Positions 44,994-56,729 of a stretch of DNA of 64,000 bases are shown one piece after another. Under the pieces are notes generated by a model. It worked only from the letters and a program-made list of their open reading frames with translations. It was not told the origin of the DNA and ran no database searches. This stretch comes from Salpingoeca rosetta (taxonomy: Eukaryota > Protista > Choanoflagellata): contig JAWQFM010000001.1 in NCBI GenBank assembly GCA_033442325.1, positions 382,966 through 446,965 on the forward strand. Direction: 5' to 3'. The translations under genes were made by a program, and so were the position numbers. Every line of letters begins with the position of its first letter. Position 1 is the first letter of the stretch.

Positions 44994-47282
44994 ATGCGGT
45001 TGTGGTTGAGGATAGCGAGCATTGGGGTGGCTGCGCTTGTGGTGCTGGCGCTCGTGCGGCTGTTCACGCTGTCCGAGACAGACAGTGGTGTGTCAGCAGC
45101 ATTTCTGTTCAACTTCCACAGCAAACACGTCGCAGACGCGGCATTGCATGACCTGCGAAAGCAACAGCGACACCAGCAGCAGCACCAGTACAGGGAGCTC
45201 GTCGCCGACACGGGGTACACGCTGCATGTGCCCGTGGAGTCCCTGGCAGAGGCGCAGCGCCTTGTTCGCCGACTTAACGACGACATCAAGACCACATCAA
45301 AGAACCCAAGCAGCGATGGCGGCAGCAAGAGCAGCGCCAGCAACGACGACGATGCGTTGCATCTCGTCTTCTACCCGCTCGATGCCGCCGCCGCTGACGA
45401 CGCCGCGGCACAGTCGTCGTCCCAAGCAGCGCCGGTGTTGTCGACATCGCCGTTGGCCCTGTCGCCGACCATTGGAACCGCCACTGTCGGCGACGTGCCG
45501 TCCCTGATCGACATGCTGTCCTGTGGACCGCAGATAGAGGCAGAGCCCGGTCCGCAGCACGCAGGCGCTGTGTACCATGCCCTGGAGGAGGAGCGGGACA
45601 TCTGCCGCACCCACTCGCACAACAACCACTTTCTCTGGCTCGTCTCCGATGTCGACACCATCAAGCAGGAGCAGCCCGCACCGGGCTCACGCTTCAACCG
45701 CGATCTGGTGCAAAACCTGTTGGCCATGGTGCACCGCTTCTATCCAGCGTACTCGCCGCCCGTGGAGACGCTCATGGGCTTTTCGCTGGCGCAACCCACG
45801 TTTGAGCAGCACACGCTCGGCTACAGGCCCGTGCACCCGAAGATGCGACAGACGAACAACTTCTACACCCTGCAGCAGCCGCAGACGCGCGGGGGCATGT
45901 ACCACATGCCGGCCATATCCCAGTACGTGCGCTGGTACGAGGCGCGGTGCCGCGTGCTCTCGCCACTCCCCTGTTCCCTCAACGCGCACGGCGAGGGCAG
46001 CGGGCTCGCTGCTCTGCACTTTATCGAGCAAGGGTTCTTCCACATGATGACGGAGGTGAAGCTGACGCTGGTGTATCCACCCATCGACATTGGCTCCACG
46101 CTTCTGCACACGCCGCCGTCGTCTGCGCCTCTCAACTGGCCACCGCAGGACCAACAGCAACAACAACAGCAACAACAACAGCGGGAGAGGAGGAATGCCG
46201 GCGAGAGTGTGCGTCCATCGGTGGTGGTGTCGTATCAGCAGCTGCAACACATGCTGGCGCGCGTGGTGCCATCGGAACTTCCCGTGTACAACGCCCGCCG
46301 CACGTACCTGCACAACGGGCCCGCGAGGTTGTTTGCGCGGGACACGGAGGTGCTGGGCCGCTGCACCATGGTCATCACCGTGTACGATCGGTATGCAGAT
46401 GTGCTGAATCGGCTTCTCTTCTACCACGACAGCCTCAACCTTCGCGACATTGTTGTGGTGTGGAACGCAGTCAACCAGCCACCCGTCCCCGTGCCGGCAC
46501 ACGACTTCTACGTCCCTATACAGGTGCTCCGGCAGAGCCGCAACAGCATGAACAACCGCTTCCGGCCGCTGCCGCCGTCCGAGCGAGGGCCACACTCGGA
46601 CTGCATCGTTAACATGGACGACGACTGGAACATGCCACACCAGGTGCTGTTCCATGGCGTGCGGCTGTGGCACCACCTCTACCGCGACCGCCTCGTTGGC
46701 GTCATCAAGCTTGGCCGCCTGCACGGGCGCGACGAGTTTGACAAGAGCAAGTGGGTGTATCTGAAGAACACGAGCATGCCGCAGTCGATGGTGCTGCCGA
46801 GCGGGATGGTGTACGACGCCAAGTACATGCACATGTACACGCACGAGGTGCCTGCGGCCCTACGCGAGCACGTGGACAACACGATCAACTGCGACGACCT
46901 CCTCATGAACTTTGCGGTGGCGAACCGGACCAAGCTTCCACCTGCCTTTGTGGCAACAAAGGGCGTGCGGCGCGTGGACGTCATCAAGCAGCTGGGCCTG
47001 GACAAGGGCCTGTGGCGGCGAAGCAAACACTATGAGGACCGCGACAACTGTCTCAACCTGTTTGCGAATGCATATGGAGGCATGCCGCTGCGCTACACGA
47101 CAGTGCAGCACGTGATTGACGACCACCTGGGCAACCCGTTCCCGCAGCGGTTCAACATGGACGTGGAGAACGCGGACTCGGACGAGGTCGTGTGCACGCG
47201 ATGCACTGACGAAAAGGCGGTGGATGATTGCGTAAGGTGCGCTCGCAGGATGCCCGGCACAAAACCGCCGCCAAAGCAGTGA
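44994..47282 (+). CDS. Type II membrane glycosyltransferase with a C-terminal GT64 (exostosin C-terminal/EXTL2-like) domain, single exon
   Basis: N-terminal signal anchor, then IVVVWN, NSMNNRFRP, NMDDD (DxD), NCDDLLMNFAVAN and HYEDRDNCLNLFANAYGGMPL. Confidence 0.9.
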   Translation: MRLWLRIASIGVAALVVLALVRLFTLSETDSGVSAAFLFNFHSKHVADAALHDLRKQQRHQQQHQYRELVADTGYTLHVPVESLAEAQRLVRRLNDDIKTTSKNPSSDGGSKSSASNDDDALHLVFYPLDAAAADDAAAQSSSQAAPVLSTSPLALSPTIGTATVGDVPSLIDMLSCGPQIEAEPGPQHAGAVYHALEEERDICRTHSHNNHFLWLVSDVDTIKQEQPAPGSRFNRDLVQNLLAMVHRFYPAYSPPVETLMGFSLAQPTFEQHTLGYRPVHPKMRQTNNFYTLQQPQTRGGMYHMPAISQYVRWYEARCRVLSPLPCSLNAHGEGSGLAALHFIEQGFFHMMTEVKLTLVYPPIDIGSTLLHTPPSSAPLNWPPQDQQQQQQQQQQRERRNAGESVRPSVVVSYQQLQHMLARVVPSELPVYNARRTYLHNGPARLFARDTEVLGRCTMVITVYDRYADVLNRLLFYHDSLNLRDIVVVWNAVNQPPVPVPAHDFYVPIQVLRQSRNSMNNRFRPLPPSERGPHSDCIVNMDDDWNMPHQVLFHGVRLWHHLYRDRLVGVIKLGRLHGRDEFDKSKWVYLKNTSMPQSMVLPSGMVYDAKYMHMYTHEVPAALREHVDNTINCDDLLMNFAVANRTKLPPAFVATKGVRRVDVIKQLGLDKGLWRRSKHYEDRDNCLNLFANAYGGMPLRYTTVQHVIDDHLGNPFPQRFNMDVENADSDEVVCTRCTDEKAVDDCVRCARRMPGTKPPPKQ

Positions 47283-47498
47283 TGCAGTGATGTGACACAC
47301 ACAGGCGCATGCGCGTGCGCTGCTGCTGCTGCTGCTGCTGCTGATGCTGATGATGATGATGATGACCGACGATAGATGATGTCGTGTTGAATCGAGCTGT
47401 GCTCCCTCAATCGCCCTTGCGTGTGCTTCATGTCATGTCTTATTGACACGAAGACACGATCACCCACCCCCTTGTTACCTTCGCTGCCGTGCAGCCGG

Positions 47499-47594
<96 letters not shown>

Positions 47595-47937
47595 TGGTCG
47601 TGTTGTTGCTTGTGTGCTCGAACCTGCAGGCGTGTCTGGATATGTGTGCATGTCATGTGCTGCGAACAGTTCTCATTGCCTCCCATACTCCATGATTCCA
47701 TGTGCTCGCATTGCGCTTGTCTTGTTCACCCTCGTGTTTTGTGTATGTGCGCGTTTATTCGTATGTACAAGTACTGGTTGTTCTGCTCGTGGTTCGACGT
47801 ACGTACATTCATCCCCGTATCCCCCGTCTCCTCCACACACATGTCCATGCCCACAAGTTACACCGACGCAAACGTGCATGTATTGAAACGACCAAAGGCA
47901 GAGATGAGGGAGGGAGGGCAGAGGGGATTCGCAGATA

Positions 47938-47938
47938 G

Positions 47939-48006
<68 letters not shown>

Positions 48007-48020
48007 GCTGCTGCTGCTGC
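47938..48020 (+). repeat. (GTT)n/(GCT)n microsatellite between convergent genes
   Basis: Direct inspection. Confidence 0.95.
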
Positions 48021-48033
48021 TAGCTTGCAATTA

Positions 48034-48276
48034 TCATTGAGTGGTGGCGGTCGAGGCTTCCGCTGCTGGTGCAGCTGTTGGTGTTGTGGCCTTTGTCTTC
48101 TTCGTCTTTGGCTGTGCATCACTTGCCCCCTTCTTCTTGACGCGCTTCCCGCTCTTTTTCTTCTTCCGCAACAGCTGCTGCCGCCGCCCAGCGTGGTGCT
48201 GCAGCTTGCCTGCAGGGAAGAGAGAGGCGTGAAGACGTGCATGCATGTGTGTGTGTGTGTGTGTGTGCGTGCGTGC

Positions 48277-48326
<50 letters not shown>

Positions 48327-48327
48327 A

Positions 48328-48366
<39 letters not shown>

Positions 48367-49124
48367 ATGCAAGTGAGTGAACGAAGCCGGGGAGAATGCG
48401 CAAGAAAGAGAAACCGAAAGAGAAAGAGTGAATGAATGTTGTGCGTAAACGAGCGAGCGTGAAAGCGGCACAGGCGACTGTTCAGGGCAGTGATCAAGTT
48501 GATCACCACATCGCACCTCTGAGGGCAGTGACTTCCTTGAGACGCCTTTCGTACATGCTGGCAATCCTCTCTTCCTCCTTCTGCTGCCGCTCTAAACAAA
48601 CGGCAAGGGCCAGCGCAGCAGTGGTGTGTAGGTATGAGCGAATGCATGGCTCATTCTTGCAATGTGTGTATGTGCGTGTGTTGTGTGTGCTGTGTGTGTG
48701 TGTGCGTGTGTACTGCGTGCATGTGTGTGTGCATGTGCATGTGTTGTGTGTAGTGCTGCGGCTGTGCGCATGTGACAACGGAACACACGAAAGAAACACC
48801 GTGTCACAACAGCTGCAACAGCTGTACACGCGCATGCAGACACCACCAGCAGCGCGTTGGGCAGAGCGTCGCGTCTTACCGATATCGGCCTTCTCCTGGG
48901 CGGAGATTGTGTCGACGATGGGATCAGACGGCAGATACAGCAGCTCCTCTCCAGGCGCAAACGGCTCTTCGTTGCGTTGAAGTTGCAGCTTGAGCCAGGA
49001 CCAACCTGATTGCATGTGGTGGCGGGTGAGTGAACTCAGACGTCATCATGCTGGAGTGCGCGCTTACACACAAGCATGCGCGTCACAGACACAGAGACAC
49101 AGACGCCCACATATATACACACAG

Positions 49125-49207
<83 letters not shown>

Positions 49208-49447
49208 GACACACACACAGGTAACTGTACCTGCACGGATTGGATGCGGGTCCGTGTGGCGGTGTCATAGACATCAACGGTTCCCCACGAGGTTCCAAAG
49301 TACATGCGCTCGCCACGCCGACTGAAGCACGCCGTGGGCCCGAGGTGTGTCTGCACCCCCTCTGGTGCACTCGCCATAATCGGTATCACGTGCTCAGACT
49401 CCTGCAACCACAGCGTGCACATGTGTTAGAGAGAGTCGGAGTGCACG

Positions 49448-49505
<58 letters not shown>

Positions 49506-49733
49506 CTTGTTTGTTTGTTTGTTTCTTTAGTTGCACATGCGTTGTTCGTGCAAAGAGCAAGTGCCACCCATACCTGGATGCACATGCCCTCGTTCCCTGG
49601 ATCAGGTTTGATGGTGATGAGCAAAGGGTCCAACGCTGCTGGGCACACGAGCAGCATGTGTTCATTCCTGCGTGCGTGTGCGTGCGTGCGTGTGTGCGCG
49701 TGTGTGTATGTAACGGCCACAGACGGTGGGTGA

Positions 49734-49814
<81 letters not shown>

Positions 49815-50751
49815 TGTGTGTGTGTGTGTGTGTGAAGGAAGCAAGTTGTGTGTTTGCGGCAAGTTGTGTGTTTGCGGCAAGTTGTGTGTTTGCGGCACAT
49901 TTACGCCGCGCCTCGCAGTAGAGTCACCTTGGGTGGATGGCGCACGCCTTTGCCACGCATGACAAGGACTTGCGGAAGCAAGCTTTGCCCTTCTTGACGT
50001 CGAACACGACGACTGTCTGGTCTGCGGCCCACGTGAGGAGCTTTCGCCCATTGCGCGACCACGAGAGGCCAAGCACAGCCATGGTGTGCTTGTCCAAGCT
50101 TGTAGCGGGGCTCTTTGTGTCAAAGTCCCACAGCACAACTGCATTCCAGCGCGTGCGTGAGAATGTGTGTGAACGTGTGAGTGTGAGAGAGAATGTGTGT
50201 GTTGGGGGGGGGGGTTCTGTGCGTGTGCGTGTGTGAGTGTATCTGATACTCGTCCAAGTGCGTGCGCGTGCGCGCGTGTGAAGCAGCTCCAAATGTCTCC
50301 ATATGTGGTGCATGCTTCTCCACATCACACGTGGTTGCAACGTGCACCTTTGCCGTCGCTGCATCCCGTGGCGAGAAGCGAGCCTTTGCGGTTGAACTTG
50401 GACGTGAGGGCGATGCCCTCCTCCAGCGTGTGTTCAATCACATCTGGAATCTTGGTCCCAAACGGGTCTGTGCATGAGAGAGAGAGTGTGTGCGTGTGTG
50501 TGTGAATGTATGTGTTCATGTGTGTTCATGTGAGTGTGAGTGTGTGAATGTATGTGTTCATGTGTGTTCGTGTGAATTACTGCGCATCTGTGTTGATGTT
50601 CGTAGATGTTGGTGTGTGTGTGGATGTGGATGTGTCTGCACCTGCGTGTTTGTCTGTTTGTCTGCTTGCTTGCCTTCCTGTCACTGGCAGTGCGCAAGCA
50701 CGCACGACCACGACAGGAACATTCACACCCACCAAGAAGCGGCGTCTGCAT
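48034..50751 (-). CDS. RBBP5: RBBP5/Swd1-like WD40 COMPASS subunit; the central part appears to be missing
   Basis: MQTPLL|[20 protein letters not shown]|[30 protein letters not shown]|[21 protein letters not shown], then ELLYLP and a basic tail. Confidence 0.8.
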
Positions 50752-50997
50752 GATGGTGGTGGTCCGTGTGTGCTGTCCGTTTACGTTACCGTTGGGCGCC
50801 AAGCGTGAACGAATTTTTTGTGGTGTCGTGGGCGGGTCTCGCTCGTCTTCCTCTTCCTCTTCTTGTTGTGCTTTGTGCTTGTGTATTTGGTGGTGCAACG
50901 CAGTGGGAGGACGCATTTGTAACACAAGAAGAAGAAGAAGAGACAAGGGGGCAGGTGTCATGGATACAAGAACAAAGGATGTTGTTGGTTGGGTACA

Positions 50998-51054
<57 letters not shown>

Positions 51055-51121
51055 GTGCACAAATGCACGCGGAAACACGGTTGTTAAACGAAACACGGGC
51101 ACACGACAAAACCACAGCAGC

Positions 51122-52018
51122 TTAGGAGCTGTGGTCTGGGGACTCAAACTTGGCGAGCTCGACGAGCGCCTGGGACCAGCGCACAAACTTCCAGTTTGCC
51201 AGGTCCGAGACGGTCTTGACGTTGAGCTTGGAGAGGGTGGAGTCAGTCCAGTCAGCAAGGCCCTGCAGGCAGTGCACGGGCGCCTCGGAGATCTCCTTGA
51301 GGCTCTTTGTCTCGTAGTCCTTGTCCAGGGCCTTGTTGATGTTGCTCTCGCCAGAGGGGTCGCGCTTGCCCTCCTGCACTCGCATATTTGGGAGATTACC
51401 CAAGATGGAAGGGGAGGGGGGAGAGGGGTGTTCCAGTAAGTGACTTGTGGCGACAAAAGCCATTCCCAAGCAGTAGCTGCCACTTTTGCTGGTGGCAAAG
51501 GAAAGAAAAGGAAAGAAAAGGAAAGAAAAGGAAAGAAAAGCCATGTCTCTCTCACACAAACACACAGAAACACGCACACAGACACACAACGCACCTCCTC
51601 GACGGCGGCGAGGGTGCAGATGGCCTGGGCGATACGTGCATGCTTCCACTGGGCAAGATCAGCAATGGTCTTCACGTGGAACGCTGCGTATTTGTGAGTT
51701 TGTGTGTGTTTGTGCATGTGTTTGTTTGTTTGTTTGTTTGTGTATGCGTGTGTGAGTTGGTGAGCCAAAAGGTGACACGAATGCACAACAAATGCACACC
51801 AAATTAACACAACAAAGCAATCCACCCACCCACACACACACACCCACAACACGCATACCGGCGAGCATCTCGTTGGCGCGGTCGGCGAGGCCCTGCAGGG
51901 CAGAGGGTGGCAGCTGAACAACCTCGCGCAGAGGCTTGGTCTCAAACTCCTTGTCCAGGGCCTTGTTCACGTTGAAGGTGTAGGCGGGCTTGGCCTTCTT
52001 GGGTGCTGGCTCAGACAT
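51122..52018 (-). CDS. Small protein made of two tandem ~75-aa repeats, function unknown, 3 exons
   Basis: NVNKALDKEFETKPLREV..PSALQGLAD..VKTIADLAQWK aligns with NINKALDKDYETKSLKEI..PVHCLQGLAD..VKTVSDLANWK. The start has a good ATG context (GCCACCATG). Confidence 0.9.
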
Positions 52019-53819
52019 GGTGGCTTGTTTGGTGTGGAGGAGAGAAAGGGAGAAGAAGAAGCAAGGGATCCGACGACGAAGAAGGAGGCTGTGGCGGTCA
52101 ACGGTGAGGGGCAGGGCAACTTGTTGGTGAGCTGAGGCGGGTGAAAAAGAAAATGAATGAATGAACGATGGAACGGATGGAATCAATGAACCATCAGACA
52201 AGCGCTGTTCTTGGCAAGCAAGCCAAAGCAAGTTCACACCCTCACACACACACACACACACACAGACACACAGACACGTCCGTGCGTTTCGTCAACGCGT
52301 TGACACACGTTCACCATCTCCCCCTTTCTGCCTTCGTGCACGATGCAAGCACTACATCATGCGCCCAGCCACTGTCACTCAGCACCACTCACCCACAAGA
52401 GCAAGCAAGCGAGAAATGAAACATGTCTGTCAAAAAACCGCGCGCTCTGCCTGCCTGCTTGCTTGCTTACTTGCTGGCTGGCTGGGTGGCTCCCAACCGG
52501 CCATTTTGGCGCCCTTACATCACATCTCCCACTCCACAAACCAACACAACAACACACACAAACCAGCAGGCAAAGCGCTATCTGTCTCTCACCTTGTTCA
52601 GTGGAAAACGCCGACAACGACGCAAGACGAAAGACGAAAGCAGAATTTGGCGCGCTGTGGAAATTCGCCACCCAGCTTAAACAACACAACAGCACAAATT
52701 CATGGCGTGTTTAAACAGGTTTGACGTGTTTTATGGTGGCAAACAATGCATGCATGCAGTGCAGATGAGTTGCCATGTTTTGGACGAATATTCGTTGAAT
52801 CGCGAAGAAACAAAAAAAATGCACGAATGCGCCAAATTTCTTCGTTTGGTACGTTGCCGTGGTGGTGGTGGTGCTGGTGTGTTGCGTTGTGCAAACAAAC
52901 ACCCAAGCAAGAAGCAAGCACGCGAAGCAAAAAGCACAAAGCGAAGCAACCAGCCGCACCCGTTGGTTGCGTGGCCGCGCTCGTGTTCGATACTCTCTCT
53001 CTCTCTCGCTCGCTTCTGCCTTCTTTCTCTCTTCGGTTGCTCGTCAGCCCTCACACACAGACACACACATACACCTCGTCATCAGCCTTCGATCGATCAA
53101 GCTGTTCTTCTCACCCCCTGCTCTCTCTCCCTCTCTCCCGCGCCGTATTTCGTTCATTCTTAAGTGTGATCCTGATCAAGACGATCACCCCCCCGTCAAC
53201 AACACACACGCACACACACACACGCACGCACGCACATACGCGCACGACGCAAACGAAAAGGTAAGCATCGGCATCACCATCAGAACAGCAACGCAACAAA
53301 CACGAAACACCCAGCAGTCTCTCGTGCGTTTCCCACGACCACCACCACCACCACCATTCTGCCTCTTCGCGCTTCCTTGCACGTCTTCGTGCGGTTTGCC
53401 CTTGGTTGCCGATTGCCACAACCATTTTCCTTCTTGCACAAGAACCAACCAACCCTTTTCCCTGCCTTTCCCTCTTTGTCTGGACGCCAGAGCGCCCCCC
53501 TTTCTCACTTCGACAAGTTCTCTGCTCTCAGATCTCACACAAACCTTCATCCATCCATCCATTCATTTCATTGTTGCGAACTTGCTCCAGCAACCACAAC
53601 AACACCGCCGACGGTTGTCACCAACCAAGTTCCCCCCGAGTGAGCGAGCAAGCAAGCAAGCAAGCAAAAGCAATCAACCAAGCAAAGCGAGCAGCAACCT
53701 CTCGTTGTTGCTTCTTGACTGTCACGAACACCCCTCTCCCTCCCTTCAACCGACGCACGCTTTTCTCTCGCTCTCATTTTCCCCACCAACCCAGACCAAA
53801 CCAGACCAAACCAGCAACC

Positions 53820-56729
53820 ATGTCAACGAGTCTGTCATCGATGGACCACCATCACCTGCAGGCGTGTCAAGAAGACATGTCGAATCTCGTGATGTCCGCC
53901 ACATCATCGTCGTCTAGCCTCGTGGCTAGCGACGGTTCCACGTCCCCCTCATCCCAGGAGGAGGCCCCAGCAACAGCCACAGCAACGACACAGCAAGACG
54001 CGCCCGCGGATAGCGGTGTCGCAGCCACCACCACCACCACCACAGCAACAGCAGCCACGTCGTCCTCGGTCAAGGAGGCCGTCGTCGCCTCGTCCGCAAC
54101 AGCAGCCGTCTCGGATGTTGAGGACAACGATGACGCCGACGACGATGGCGACGATGCAAAACAGAAGAAGCAGCAGCAGCAAGACAGCGATGAGCAGGAG
54201 CCACACTCGTGCAGCTGCTACAGAAGCGTAGACCGCGCTCCGGTAAGTTGTTGATGAGGGGGCTTTGGGGGAACGTTAGGGTTAGGGTTAGGGTGAGGGA
54301 GCGTGTGTGAGTCTGCTTGTGTGTGTCTGCTTGTGTGATTCGTCGTAGTTGCGTGTGATTCGGTGCGTTCACAACTGGCACCCTTTCCTCCCCCCTCCCA
54401 CACACTCACACACACACACACGCACACTCACGCATGCACACAATATCCCCCCCCCCCCAAAACAAAACCACAACAATAGCCCAATGCCATCTTCAAGCTG
54501 CAGGACGAGTACACCCAGGATGAGCACGAGAACAAGAGCAACCTCGTCCTTGGAGGTTAGGCGCCAGTTCATCTCACACCATCACCACCATCACATCACA
54601 TCACATCACATCACGCAGGGCGTTTTTACCTTCACCTGTGCTGCTAATGATGACCCCCTGCGTTTGAGCTTTATGTCTGGTTTGCTTGCTTGATCCCACA
54701 ACCACCTCCCTCCCTCCCCCCCTTTCTCATGTTCTCCTTCCCCCTTCAATGTCGTGCTAAACGCGACATTCCCCCCACTCAACACACTCAACACACACAT
54801 ACACCACCCAAAAGGCACGCACACACACATGCGCACACCATGCACTCGCGCACACACACGCCACACCGCACACACAAGCTTGCGCCGTGTGTTTTGGTGC
54901 TTGTTTGAACCTCCCCGTGCACACGCATGCCCCCCTTGGCAGTCACTGCCTTTTGCTCCTGACACGCGTACTCCTCTGCTCGCCTGTGCCATCGCCCCTC
55001 TCTCCGTTTGATTCTTTTCCCTCGTCGTCCCCTTCTCCTTCTGCGAACACCATCACCACCACCACCACCACCAACGACGCCAACTACGACTGCTGCTTCA
55101 AACACAAACACAACAACAACAACAACAACAACTGCAACCACGACGAATTATTTCCACCTGCGCAGTCGCTGTGAACGACGACGGTTCGCTGGTGTACTTT
55201 GATGCTGTTCGCAGCATTGAGAAGGAGATTTACGAGGACACGCAGAGCGGCAAAATCTCCCACGGCTACCCGCCCATTGGCGGCCTTGCTGAGCTCTCCC
55301 AGTACGCGGCCGAGCTCGTCCTTGGCGAGAACCACACCTTCATCAGAGATCACAAGGTGCGATTTGCTGTGTTTTTTGTATGTGTTTGTTGAACTTTATG
55401 TTTTGCGTTGTTTGTGTTTCCTTTGTTGCGCTGCCTTGCGTTTGCGCGTCGGACTGCTCGTGCTTTGTGCGTCGTGTATTTGCGCATCCACCATATTTCA
55501 CCACCCCCACCACCACACGTTTCCCACGACTCACCACTCACACAACCCACACAACTCAACCATCCACATAACCCATTTTTTAAGGTTGGCGGCGTGCAAG
55601 CGCTGTCTGGCACGGGTTCTCTGCGCCTTGTTGGTGAGTTTCTGCATCAATATCACCGCCAGAACAGCAGCGTGTACCTGTCGGACCCGACGTGGGCCAA
55701 CCACAAGGCCATCTTCACCGAGGCGGGCTTTGGCGGCGCCATCAAGTCGTACCGCTACTACAACAGGGACACCCGCGGCCTCGACTTTGACGGCCTCATG
55801 GAGGACCTCGAGGTGCGTTCACGCCCGTGTTTGTGTTTGTGTTTGTGTGTGCATATGTTTTAGTGCTTACGGTTGTGTTTGTGTGCACTCATGTTTTCGT
55901 GCTTGCGGCGTTTGTGTTGCCCTTCTCCGATGCTCACACGTCCGCCAAACCTCGTACATGCCCCCCGGGGCATCCAAATCAAATACACACACACACACAC
56001 ACATACATACAGAACGCGAACGACGGTGACATTGTTGTGCTGCACGCGTGCGCGCACAACCCGACTGGCGTGGACCCGACGCTTGAGCAGTGGACGGCGA
56101 TTGCTGCGCTCTGCCAGCGCAAGCAGCTCATGCCTGTCTTTGACTGCGCCTACCTCGGGTTTGCGTCCGGCGACATTGACAAGGACGCCGAGGGCATGCG
56201 CCACTTTGCCAACACGGGCGTCGAGTTTTTCGTGTGCGTGAGCTTCTCCAAGAACTTTGGCATCTACGGCCAGCGCTGCGGGTCTGCCCTGTTTGTGTCT
56301 GAGGACAACGAGGCGACGGCCAACGTGGTGTCGCAGCTCAAGCGGCTGTCGCGGCCCATGTGGTCCGTGCCGCCCCTCCACGGCGCCCGCATTGTCACGG
56401 GCGTCCTCGGCAACCCGGAGCGCAAGGCCCGCTGGCGCAAGGAGGTGGCAGACCTCGCCGAGCGCATCAAGGACATTCGCCAGCGGCTGCGCGCAGAGCT
56501 GGAGGAGTGCACCAAGGACGTGGCGCCCAAGGGCTACTGGGACCACATCACCAACCAGCGCGGCATGTTCACCTTCTCTGGCCTGCGCGAGCGCCAGTGC
56601 GAGTTTTTGAAGACGGAGCACAACATCTACATGCTTCCCAGTGGTCGCATCAACATCTGCGGTGTGTCGTCCTCCAAACTCAGCCGCATTGCGTCAGCCA
56701 TTGCAGACGCATACTGCAAGGAGAACTAA
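53820..56729 (+). CDS. Aspartate aminotransferase-family PLP enzyme (class Ia) with a long N-terminal extension, 5 exons
   Basis: QALSGTGSLR, PTWANH, LHACAHNPTGVDP, FDCAYLGFASG, SFSKNFGIYGQR (PLP lysine), WDHITNQRGMF and SGRINICG. Confidence 0.95.
54276..54299 (+). repeat. (TTAGGG)3-TGAGGG interstitial telomere-like repeat in an intron
   Basis: Direct inspection. Confidence 0.7.

Noticed and set aside
45687-46844. Long antisense ORFs opposite GT64 and other GC-rich exons (for example 55860-56621 and 13557-14378)
   Set aside because: Expected shadow ORFs from codon bias; they contain no independent motifs
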